The notes beneath the pieces are model-generated. The model was not told the DNA's origin. It ran no database searches and worked only from the letters and a program-made list of their open reading frames with translations. From an uncultured Chloroflexia bacterium (GTDB lineage: Bacteria; Chloroflexota; Limnocylindria; Limnocylindrales; CSP1-4): a stretch of 64,000 bases of DNA. The stretch lies in assembly GCA_963711105.1 (NCBI GenBank), contig CAVQCV010000003.1:39051-103050 (forward strand). The letters run 5' to 3'. Made by a program: the position numbers and the translations under genes. This document shows positions 54,275-61,815 of this stretch, in pieces (position 1 is the first letter of the stretch; every line of letters starts with the position of its first letter).

Positions 54275-54299
54275 AAGCCCGGCCATCTCGGCCGGGTTT
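54275..54299 (+). terminator. Terminator hairpin after tRNA-fMet, followed by the shared 15-mer TGATGTACGCCCGGC
   Basis: aagcccggcc-atct-cggccgggttt, then c gTGATGTACGCCCGGC (54302-54316). The same hairpin-plus-15-mer arrangement recurs at 59502-59544. Confidence 0.5.
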
Positions 54300-54782
54300 C
54301 GTGATGTACGCCCGGCATGGGCGGCAGCCCGGAGGTGAAAGTCCTCTGCAGGAGGCGGTGGTGCCAACTGCTAGCCAAAGGCAACGGCGCCACGGTGAGG
54401 TGGGGTCGGAAGGAAGCCCGAGGCGAAGCTCTGACCCGAGGAACACGAACCGCATACAAGGCCTGGCAGCCTGGATGAGCCGGCATCACACGGTGAAGTC
54501 CGTCACCACCAAGGGGCTGTCAGGTAAATGCGGCGGGGCTAGAGCGAAGGCGGCCGTTCTTATCCGGGGAGACCTGATCGGGTGTTGGATTCGTCCGACC
54601 GTCGCCCCCGCGAGGTGGCGCCGGACCGGTCAGGAGTCAGCAGCGGCCATAGTACCGGCGGGGATCGATGACGCCGAGAAGGGCCAAACGTCAGTCCGAG
54701 GGTCGAACCGGACGGACTCGCGATCGGCGCATCGACCGCAGCCACTCCATCCCTGCGATGGACCTGCCGTTGAGGCGAGAGG

Positions 54783-56180
54783 GTGAAGCCCTCAGACGCA
54801 GCGGCAGAGCGCAGCGCCGACCCGGCGTCTCCCGAATCCAGCCCTCACCCCGCCCGAGCAGATGATCTCTGGGAGGTCTTCCTCTCGCGAGAGAACCTGG
54901 CCCGGGCGTTGCGGCGCGTCGAGGCCAATCGCGGCGCTCCGGGTCCCGACGGCATGAGCACGGCTGAGCTTCGGCCGTATCTCAAGACCGCCTGGCCCAG
55001 TCTCCGCGAATCACTCGACGCTGGCACATACCGACCCAGCCCAGCCAGACGGGTGACGATCCCCAAGCCCGGTGGCGGTGAGCGTGAGTTAGGCGTGCCG
55101 ACGGTGATCGACCGCTTTCTCCAGCAAGCGTTGAGCCAGGTTCTCTCTCCGGTCTTCGAACCAACGTTCTCGGATCGAAGCTTCGGCTTCCGACCCGGAC
55201 GGAGCGCTCACCAGGCGGTGGAAGCCGCACGGCGGGCAATCGAGGCCGGGCAGGGCTGGGTCGTCGATGTCGATCTGGACCGGTTCTTCGACCGGGTCCA
55301 GCATGATGCCCTCATGGCCCGCGTGGCCAGAAGGGTCGGCGACCGACGGATCTTGAAGCTGATCCGCCGTTACCTCGACGCAGATGTCATGGTCGGCGGC
55401 GTGAAGGTCGCGACAGAAGAGGGCACCCCGCAAGGGTCTCCGCTCTCACCGCTGCTCGCGAACGTCATGCTCGACGATCTCGATCACGAGCTGGAAAGAC
55501 GGGGCCATGCCTTCGTCCGTTATGCCGACGACCTCCGGGTCTACGTGGCAAGCGAGCGAGCGGCTCAACGGGTGCTCGAAGGCATCACGGTCTTCGTGGA
55601 GCGGCGGCTCCATCTCAAAGTGAACCCGGCCAAGAGTGGCGTATCCCCGGCGACCGTCCGGGGTCTGCTCGGCTTCGGCTTCTTTGGGCGCGACGGGCGG
55701 ATCAGAGTCAGGCTCGGACCAAAGACGAAGACTCGTCTGCGGGCCCGATTACGCGAACTCACCGACCGCCACCGCTCGATTGCCATGCCGATCAGGATCG
55801 CGCAGCTCAACCGGTTCATCGCAGGCTGGACCGCCTACTTCGCCCTGGCCGAGACGCCCTCGGTGTTCGAGGAGTTCGACGAGTGGCTCCGTCGCAGATT
55901 GCGGCAGGTGCGCTGGAAGGAGTGGAAGACTTGTGGCGCCAAGCGCCGCAACCTGCGATCGCTCGGCATCCCTGACGATCTGGCTCGCCAGTGGGCGGCC
56001 AGCCGGAAGGGCTACTGGCGGCTGGCGGCCTCCCCTCCGCTCAGTTGGGCCATGCCGATCAGCTACTGGACCGACCTTGGTCTTCTGCCGATCGGTGTTC
56101 GTGTCCGTCGTCTCCGGGAGCACTGGCGAACCGCCGGATGCGGACCCGCATGTCCGGTGGTGTGGGAGGGGCCGGGTTGA
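54783..56180 (+). CDS. Group II intron-type reverse transcriptase/maturase (RT domains 0-7 plus X/maturase, no En/HNH domain)
   Basis: IPKPGGGERELGVPTVIDRFLQQA, FGFRPGRSAHQAV, WVVDVDLDRFFDRVQHDALM, GTPQGSPLSPLLANVMLDDLD, FVRYADDLRVY (YADD), maturase RFIAGWTAYF...WLRRRLRQVRWKEWK. GTG start in the track; the true start is uncertain. Confidence 0.85.
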   Translation: MKPSDAAAERSADPASPESSPHPARADDLWEVFLSRENLARALRRVEANRGAPGPDGMSTAELRPYLKTAWPSLRESLDAGTYRPSPARRVTIPKPGGGERELGVPTVIDRFLQQALSQVLSPVFEPTFSDRSFGFRPGRSAHQAVEAARRAIEAGQGWVVDVDLDRFFDRVQHDALMARVARRVGDRRILKLIRRYLDADVMVGGVKVATEEGTPQGSPLSPLLANVMLDDLDHELERRGHAFVRYADDLRVYVASERAAQRVLEGITVFVERRLHLKVNPAKSGVSPATVRGLLGFGFFGRDGRIRVRLGPKTKTRLRARLRELTDRHRSIAMPIRIAQLNRFIAGWTAYFALAETPSVFEEFDEWLRRRLRQVRWKEWKTCGAKRRNLRSLGIPDDLARQWAASRKGYWRLAASPPLSWAMPISYWTDLGLLPIGVRVRRLREHWRTAGCGPACPVVWEGPG

Positions 56181-56217
56181 CCTCGGCCCCTACCCGATTC
56201 CCGCCGGCGCGCATACC

Positions 56218-57063
56218 ATGGGCGGCATGACGCCCTTCGACAGGACCGCCCTCGCGGAAGCACTGTTGAAGGGGCGCGACCCCGAGGCGATGGACGGCAA
56301 AGCGTACTGCCACGCCTATCGCAAGTGGCAGGGGCCGCACTGGACACTGGTGGGGCTGGCGACGATCGGCTACCCGGCTGGAGACGTATCGCTCCGGTCG
56401 CTCATGGCGAGCGTCGAGGAGTGGCTATTCCACCGGCAGCACATGAACCCTCCCGGCACCACCACGATCCCGGGCCAGGATGATCGGGTGCGGCGCTGCG
56501 CCTCCCAGGAAGGCAACGCCATCTGGTACGCGATCGTGCTGGGGCTGGAGACCGAACGAACAGTCCGGCTGGTCGATCGGCTGATCGGCTGCCAGTGGCC
56601 CGACGGCGGCTGGAACTGCGACCGCCGCCCGGGCGCCCGGACGTCGTCGTTCCAGGAGACGGCCATCCCGGCTCGAGGCCTGTGGGCCTACGGGCAACGC
56701 CACGGTTATGACCCGGCCCTGAAGGCTGCCGATCGAGCCGCCGAACTGCTCCTGTCGCGCCGCCTGCTCTGGCGCCGGACGGATGGGTCTCTCGTTGCGC
56801 CGGACTGGGGCGGGCCGTTCGATCTGATCCACTTCCCGATCCAGTTCTACGACGTTCTGTTCTCGCTCCAGGTCATGGCCGAGATGGGGCGGATCCACGA
56901 TCCCCGCTGCCGGGACGCCCTCGCGCTCCTGGAGTCGAAACGGCTCCGAGACGGCGGCTTCCCGCTCGAGTACCGCAATGCCACCACGTCGGATCGGGTC
57001 GCCAGCCGCGGAACCTACGCCGACTGGGGAGCCGGCGGCAGGAGTACGGCAATCCCCTGGTGA
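56218..57063 (+). CDS. Alpha/alpha-toroid protein with prenyltransferase/squalene-cyclase-type QW repeats
   Basis: RLIGCQWPDGGWN and LESKRLRDGGFP fit the [KR]..L...Q..DGG[WF] QW motif. The rest is aromatic-rich and protein-like. The ATG at 56218 is in frame with a longer track ORF. Confidence 0.5.
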   Translation: MGGMTPFDRTALAEALLKGRDPEAMDGKAYCHAYRKWQGPHWTLVGLATIGYPAGDVSLRSLMASVEEWLFHRQHMNPPGTTTIPGQDDRVRRCASQEGNAIWYAIVLGLETERTVRLVDRLIGCQWPDGGWNCDRRPGARTSSFQETAIPARGLWAYGQRHGYDPALKAADRAAELLLSRRLLWRRTDGSLVAPDWGGPFDLIHFPIQFYDVLFSLQVMAEMGRIHDPRCRDALALLESKRLRDGGFPLEYRNATTSDRVASRGTYADWGAGGRSTAIPW

Positions 57064-58179
57064 CGGAGTTCGCGGAGGAGGTCCTGTCCGCCGCCAGGGC
57101 GGCCAGACCGTAGGGTGTCTCGATCCCAGGAGGGGTGCCGGGCCGCTACTCCGCCTGGCTCGAGCGCAGGACGGCGCGGTGAAGGGCACGCGGACATCGT
57201 GAAACACTTCCGCCGAAATCAGGAATCCGGCGAAGAGGAACATCACGCCCAGCAGCTCGCCGACGAAGAACGGGCTGGTGTCGCCGAAGCGATTGAGGCC
57301 GCTCGTCATGGCCGGGACGAAGGCGCCGACGGCGATCAGCAGCGTGGCCGGGACACGGCTGTTCAGGCGACCGGTGACGAGGGCGCCCGCGGCGCCCGGC
57401 AGTGAGGCCGCCAGGTTAATCGCGATCGCGACGGGGGCGATCGCGAGGTTTCGGGCGTAGGCGGTCCGCGAACCGTCTCGATCCAGCGTGTACCGGATGA
57501 CGCGCCGCTTCGGCATGAAGATGTATGCGCTGTAGAGCCCGCCCAGAACCAGCGCGAAGGCGCCGCTTATGTTGAACAGAGGGGCGAGCAGGCGAAGGTA
57601 GCCGGGCATCAGGTCGCCCGTGGGGATGCCGGTGGCCGGATCGACGGCCCAGCCGGGTGACGGGATGGTCGCGAAGGCCATGAGTACGACCGAAGCGACG
57701 GTCCCGGCGACCACGGCTCCGGCGGCCAACCGGGGCCAATGCGAGCCGCCACGATACGTGTCCAGGGCAATGAGGGCGGCGACATGGGCGGCCACGATGA
57801 AGTAGACGGTGGCCGAGATCCCGGCGTCCGGATAGTCGTACTTCTTCTCGGCAAGCGAGGTGAACAGGCCGGCCAGGAAGAGCGAAACGGCGTAGGCATA
57901 GCCGAAGCGGGTACGGCTCATCAGCAAGACCGTCCCCAGGCCGAGCCAGCCGGCCACCCAGATGGCGCCGATCAGATACCAGGCTCGATACAACGGCTCA
58001 GACCAGCCGAACGCCCCGCCCAGGAACTCCGTGCCGGCCGCAAGGCCGTACCAGAGCATGCCCAGCGTCCACACCGCCTGGTAGGAGCGGCGTCTCGCCC
58101 GCCACTGGCCGAAGAGCATCGCGGCCATGGTCAGGCTGACGACCGACGAGCACAGCGGGAGTACGACGTTGAGGTTCAA
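56425..58179 (-). CDS. Integral membrane protein (8-10 TM). The ORF runs 640 bp past the plausible C-terminus, antisense through the previous gene
   Basis: The first approximately 345 aa (58179 to about 57145) are convincing TM protein (MNLNVVLPLCSSVVSLTMAAMLFGQW...). The remaining approximately 240 aa are Arg/Pro/Gly-rich and antisense to 56218..57063. No in-frame stop occurs until 56425. Confidence 0.5.
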   Translation of the reverse strand: MNLNVVLPLCSSVVSLTMAAMLFGQWRARRRSYQAVWTLGMLWYGLAAGTEFLGGAFGWSEPLYRAWYLIGAIWVAGWLGLGTVLLMSRTRFGYAYAVSLFLAGLFTSLAEKKYDYPDAGISATVYFIVAAHVAALIALDTYRGGSHWPRLAAGAVVAGTVASVVLMAFATIPSPGWAVDPATGIPTGDLMPGYLRLLAPLFNISGAFALVLGGLYSAYIFMPKRRVIRYTLDRDGSRTAYARNLAIAPVAIAINLAASLPGAAGALVTGRLNSRVPATLLIAVGAFVPAMTSGLNRFGDTSPFFVGELLGVMFLFAGFLISAEVFHDVRVPFTAPSCARARRSSGPAPLLGSRHPTVWPPWRRTGPPPRTPSPGDCRTPAAGSPVGVGSAAGDPIRRGGIAVLEREAAVSEPFRLQEREGVPAAGIVDPPHLGHDLEREQNVVELDREVDQIERPAPVRRNERPIRPAPEQAARQEQFGGSIGSLQGRVITVALPVGPQASSRDGRLLERRRPGARAAVAVPAAVGPLAADQPIDQPDCSFGLQPQHDRVPDGVAFLGGAAPHPIILARDRGGAGRVHVLPVE

Positions 58180-58310
58180 GCCGGCCTCATCTGCACTTGG
58201 GAGCCCGGGCCATGGAGCCCGGATCGCGGCACAGTAACCCGCCGGGGCAGCTTTGGCGCGCTTGTCTCAGGGGCCAGCCCGAGTGTTGTCCCGACGCGCC
58301 GCCTGATTCG

Positions 58311-58652
58311 TCAGCGGCGCTTCTTGGAGTGGCAGTCGACGCAGTCGGTGGCCCAGGGCAGGGCTTCGAGGCGGTCCGGGTTGATCGCCTTGCCGCAAAC
58401 CTCGCAGGTCCCGAAGCCACCGGCGTCGATGCGCCGCAGGGCGGCCTCGATCATGCCCAGGTGCAGCTCTTCCCGCTCGCGGAGCTGCTGGCCACGCTGG
58501 CTCTCCGAAACCTCGGTCGCGGCGGCCGTCTGGGCACCGTGAGCGACGCGCGGATGTTCGACCTCTTCGGAGAGCTCGAGCCGGATGCGGGCACGCTCGG
58601 ATTCGAGCGCCTGGCGGGCCTGATCGACGATTTGAGCGTCCATGCGTAGCAT
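58311..58652 (-). CDS. DksA/TraR-family C4 zinc-finger protein
   Basis: C-terminal CEVCGKAINPDRLEALPWATDCVDC zinc finger. N-terminal coiled-coil. Confidence 0.75.
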   Translation of the reverse strand: MLRMDAQIVDQARQALESERARIRLELSEEVEHPRVAHGAQTAAATEVSESQRGQQLREREELHLGMIEAALRRIDAGGFGTCEVCGKAINPDRLEALPWATDCVDCHSKKRR

Positions 58653-58869
58653 CGTACGCCGGTCGGAGAGGGCTTGTCGGCAAAATCGGGCGTTCTACGG
58701 GCGTCCCGGGGACCGAATCAGACAGCGGATCGCCCGCCGGCCCGGGTAGATGGCAAGGCGGCGCGCCGGGTCTAGACTGATCTCCAGGTTCGGGCTGAGG
58801 CGGCGCAAACGGCGAACCGGCTCCCGCCCGACGCTCGATTGACCCGATCCGGCAAACCAAGGAGAGCCG

Positions 58870-59037
58870 ATGGCAAGCGCGAAGGACCCCGTTTGCGGGA
58901 TGGAAGTCGATACGGATACCGACCTCAAGTTCGAATACGAAGGCGTGACCTACTACTTCTGCGGCCGCGGCTGCAAGCTCGACTTCGAGGAAGACCCGGA
59001 GAAGTACCTGGACCCCAACTACGAGCCCAGTATGTAG
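58870..59037 (+). CDS. YHS/TRASH-domain small metal-binding protein (55 aa)
   Basis: Hand-translated: MASAKDPVCGMEVDTDTDLKFEYEGVTYYFCGRGCKLDFEEDPEKYLDPNYEPSM (CGM...YYFCxxxC = YHS motif). AAGGAGAG lies 4 nt upstream of the ATG at 58870. Below the ORF-track cutoff. Confidence 0.55.
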   Translation: MASAKDPVCGMEVDTDTDLKFEYEGVTYYFCGRGCKLDFEEDPEKYLDPNYEPSM

Positions 59038-59193
59038 ACGTTCCGGCCCGGGAAGGAGCCATCGGTAGCCTTCGCACCGCCGCCGAAACGGCGCTTTCGG
59101 GCTCGGGTCGTGGTACGCTCACCGGGACGGTGCGGAGTGTCGACTGCGCCTCCTAGCTGACGATCGCCAACCTAGAAACCAGGAGAGAACCCG

Positions 59194-59481
59194 ATGGCTT
59201 ATGTGATCGCCGAGCCCTGCGTCGATACGCGGGATCGCGCCTGCGTGTCCGTCTGCCCCGTGGATTGCATCCACGAGGAGGAGAGCGCCGACCGCACCCT
59301 CTACATCGACCCGAACGAGTGCATCGATTGCGGCGCCTGCGAGCCCGAGTGCCCGGTCAACGCCATCTTCACCGAGGATGCGCTGCCGCCCGAGTGGGCC
59401 AAGTACACCGAGGTCAACGCCCTCTGGTATCAGGACAAGGCCGCGGCCCGGGCGATGGTGGACGAGCTCAAGCCCGCCTGA
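59194..59481 (+). CDS. 7Fe ferredoxin (FdxA-type [3Fe-4S][4Fe-4S])
   Basis: CVDTRDRACVSVCPVDC and CIDCGACEPECP cysteine clusters. AGGAGAGAA RBS. Confidence 0.85.
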   Translation: MAYVIAEPCVDTRDRACVSVCPVDCIHEEESADRTLYIDPNECIDCGACEPECPVNAIFTEDALPPEWAKYTEVNALWYQDKAAARAMVDELKPA

Positions 59482-59501
59482 TCCCGACTCAACGGAACAT
59501 C

Positions 59502-59557
59502 AAGCGCCCGGCCCAAAGCCGGGCGCTTCTGATGTACGCCCGGCCCCAGGCCGGGCG
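59502..59557 (+). terminator. Tandem terminator hairpins after the ferredoxin gene, containing the shared 15-mer TGATGTACGCCCGGC
   Basis: aagcgcccggc-ccaaa-gccgggcgctt (59502-59528), then cTGATGTACGCCCGGC (59530-59544), which runs into a second hairpin cgcccggcc-cca-ggccgggcg ending at 59557. Confidence 0.5.
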
Positions 59558-59767
59558 CTTGTGTCTCCCCGGTTTGCGGCTGGAAAATCGGCAAACTATG
59601 AGCCGTCTCCTCCCGGTTTCAGGATTACTTCAGCCTGCGGGCCCAATATCCGGGTCAGCTCTCCTCCTCCCTCCGCTGTACGGGCGAGACGAGTCAAAAC
59701 AGCCGGCCGCTTGATCCTCCCTCCCAAGCGACCGGCTCTCGTCTTTCTGGGGAGAAGCGCGCGCCTC

Positions 59768-59951
59768 GGGCTGCGTCGCGGGCGGCCAATGGCTTCGTTG
59801 TCGCCTGCGATGCTCGCTCACAGGCGTCAAAGCCTGCTCGCTCCGCTCCTCGGCTCCGCCTCGCCCTCGGCTCGCCGGCTCCGCGAATGCAATAGCGGTG
59901 GGCGGGGCTGCGTCGCCGGGCGGCCGATGGGGCTGCGTCGCGGGGCGGGGG
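59768..59951. repeat. Fourth copy of the 137-bp intergenic element plus two partial 5' copies
   Basis: gggctgcgtcgcgggcggccaatggcttcgttg...gctcacaggcgtcaaagcctgctcgc...ccggctccgcgaatgcaatagcgg is most similar to copy 3 at 24768. It is followed by ggggctgcgtcgccgggcggccgatgg and ggctgcgtcgcggggcggggg fragments. Confidence 0.7.
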
Positions 59952-60017
59952 ACCTCCACGGGATATTCGCGCGGAAACGGCCGATATGCCGGTTCAACCG
60001 CGCCTATACTCGGCCGC

Positions 60018-60941
60018 ATGTCGCCCCTTTCGTCCAAAACCGTCGCCACCATCGGCTCCGGTGTCATGGCCGAGGCCATCATCGCCGGCCTGCTGCGGGG
60101 CAAGCTCGTGGCTGCGAGCCAGATCGTCGGCAGCGAGCCGCGCCAGGAACGGCGCGACGAGCTCGTCAAGCAGTACGGCGTGCGCATGGTCGCCTCGAAC
60201 CTCGAGGCGGCGAGCCAGGCCGACGTGATCCTGCTGTCGGTCAAGCCGCAGACGCTGACCAAGGTCGGGCACGAGCTGGGCGGCCGGCTGCGCCCCAACC
60301 AGCTGGTCGTCTCGATCGTCGCCGGCGCGACGTGCAAGGTTCTGACGTCGCTGCTCGACCACCGCCAGGTCGTGCGCAGCATGCCCAACACCCCGGCCCA
60401 GATCGGGCGCGGGATCACCGTCTGGTACGCCACGCCCGAAGCCACCGAAGAGCAGTGCGACCAGGCCAGGGTGCTTCTCCAGGCGCTCGGCACGGACCTC
60501 CGCGTCGAGGACGAGCGTTTCGTGGAGATGGCCACCGCGGTCAGCGGGACGGGGCCGGCGTACGTGTTCCTGGTCATGGAAGCGCTGATCGACGCTGCCG
60601 TCCATCTCGGCTTTCCGCGCCACGTCGCCCACGACCTGGTGATCGAGACGCTGGAAGGCAGCACGGCCTTCGCCAAGGCCACGGCCCAGCACCCGGCGGT
60701 CCTGCGAAACATGGTCACGTCGCCGGGCGGCACCAGCGCGGCGGCGATCCACGAGCTGGAGTCCGGGCGGCTGCGAACGGTTCTTTCGGAAGCGGTCTGG
60801 GCCTCCTACCGGCGCACGGTCGAGCTCGGGGCCGATCTCGAGAAGGGGCTCGGCCTCAACGAAGGGGCGCCCGAGGATGGGGCCGACGGCCGAGCCGGCA
60901 ACGGGGCGAGGTCCGGCGCGGGTCGAAGGATCCCTCGCTAG
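60018..60941 (+). CDS. proC: Pyrroline-5-carboxylate reductase
   Basis: N-terminal NADP fold VATIGSGVMAEAIIAGLL. SVKPQ motif. C-terminal dimerisation domain GTGPAYVFLVMEALIDAAVHLG...SPGGTSAAAIHELE. Start at the ATG at 60018. C-terminal Gly/Ala/Arg-rich extension. Confidence 0.8.
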   Translation: MSPLSSKTVATIGSGVMAEAIIAGLLRGKLVAASQIVGSEPRQERRDELVKQYGVRMVASNLEAASQADVILLSVKPQTLTKVGHELGGRLRPNQLVVSIVAGATCKVLTSLLDHRQVVRSMPNTPAQIGRGITVWYATPEATEEQCDQARVLLQALGTDLRVEDERFVEMATAVSGTGPAYVFLVMEALIDAAVHLGFPRHVAHDLVIETLEGSTAFAKATAQHPAVLRNMVTSPGGTSAAAIHELESGRLRTVLSEAVWASYRRTVELGADLEKGLGLNEGAPEDGADGRAGNGARSGAGRRIPR

Positions 60942-60942
60942 C

Positions 60943-61815
60943 GTGGCCGGTCCCGGGACGCCCGCGGTCCCGCGCGGGTTGCTGTCGATCTTCGCCCACC
61001 CGGACGACGAGAGTTTCGGCGCGGGCGGGCTGATGGCCCTGGCGGCCGAAGCAGGCAATCCGGTATGGGTGCTGTGCCTGACCAACGGCGACCAGGGCGG
61101 CCGCCCCGGCGAGGTGGAAGTCGACCATTCGCTGGACCCCGAGATTCGGCGCGCGGAGTTGACCTGCGCCTGCGAAGCGCTGGGCGTGGCCGAACCGATA
61201 TTCCTGGGCTACCGGGACTCCGGGATGGAAGGCTGGGGCGCGCCGGAAGGCTCGCTCGATCGCGCCGATCCGGAGGAGGCGATCGAGCGGATCCTCGAGG
61301 TGATCCGGCGGCTGCGGCCGGCCGTCATCGCCACCTTCGACCCGGGCGGCGTGTACGGTCATCCAGATCACGTCAAGTGCTCGGCCGTGGCCACTGAAGC
61401 GTTCCGGCGGGCGGCCGCGGAGCCGGGCGGACCCATCGCCCTTTACCACCAGGCGCTACCCAAATCCCGTATCCGGGCCATGGCGGCCGCGATGGAGGAG
61501 GAGCAGCGAGCCTCGGGCAACACCACGCCCCCGACCGAAGACGACCGGCGCCAGCAGGAAGCCTTTGCCCGCCTGGCCCGGCCGGACGAGGACATCACCA
61601 CGATCCTCGACATCGCACCGGTCCTGGACCGCAAGCTCGCCGCCCTGGCCTGCCACGAAAGCCAGATGCGCGGCCGCGATTGGGACGATCCGAAGGTCCG
61701 GGAGGGGCTGAGCCAGATGTTCGGTCACGAGACGTTCGTGCGCGTGTACCCGGAACCGGCGGCCGGCGAAAGGGAGGATCGTCCGGTCGGGCTGGACTGG
61801 GACCCGCGGCGATGA
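60943..61815 (+). CDS. PIG-L/LmbE-family N-acetylglucosaminyl deacetylase (MshB/Mca/BshB-like)
   Basis: AHPDDESFGAGG zinc-binding motif. Second HPDH motif (VYGHPDHV). Putative GTG start at 60943 right after the proC stop. The 3' end overlaps the next gene (ATGA). Confidence 0.7.
   Translation: MAGPGTPAVPRGLLSIFAHPDDESFGAGGLMALAAEAGNPVWVLCLTNGDQGGRPGEVEVDHSLDPEIRRAELTCACEALGVAEPIFLGYRDSGMEGWGAPEGSLDRADPEEAIERILEVIRRLRPAVIATFDPGGVYGHPDHVKCSAVATEAFRRAAAEPGGPIALYHQALPKSRIRAMAAAMEEEQRASGNTTPPTEDDRRQQEAFARLARPDEDITTILDIAPVLDRKLAALACHESQMRGRDWDDPKVREGLSQMFGHETFVRVYPEPAAGEREDRPVGLDWDPRR

Larger units (their letters stand above)
54262..56217 (+). mobile_element. Candidate group II intron (ORF in domain IV; ribozyme domains not confirmed)
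   Basis: A 520-nt non-coding, structure-rich leader with no credible ORF precedes a bona fide group II intron-type RT/maturase gene. No GUGYG 5' end or domain V could be identified by eye. Only 37 nt separate the RT stop from the next ATG, too little for domains V and VI unless the next gene starts later. Confidence 0.4.

Noticed and set aside
54316-54782. RNase P RNA or SRP RNA in the leader before the RT gene (GGUGAAAGUCC, GGUCGGAAGGAAGC, GGUGCCA strings)
   Set aside because: The P4-defining GGAAAGUCCGGGC is not intact (GUCC is followed by UCUGC). Conserved regions CR-II to CR-V are not recognisable. The SRP-like string lacks the flanking helix. An intron domain I to III or another ncRNA is more consistent. 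Testable with Rfam.
54193-54786. 197-aa plus ORF starting inside tRNA-fMet
   Set aside because: It begins within the tRNA and spans the non-coding leader of the RT gene. It is Arg-rich with no protein-like features. More likely this region is structured RNA (an intron 5' domain or ncRNA).
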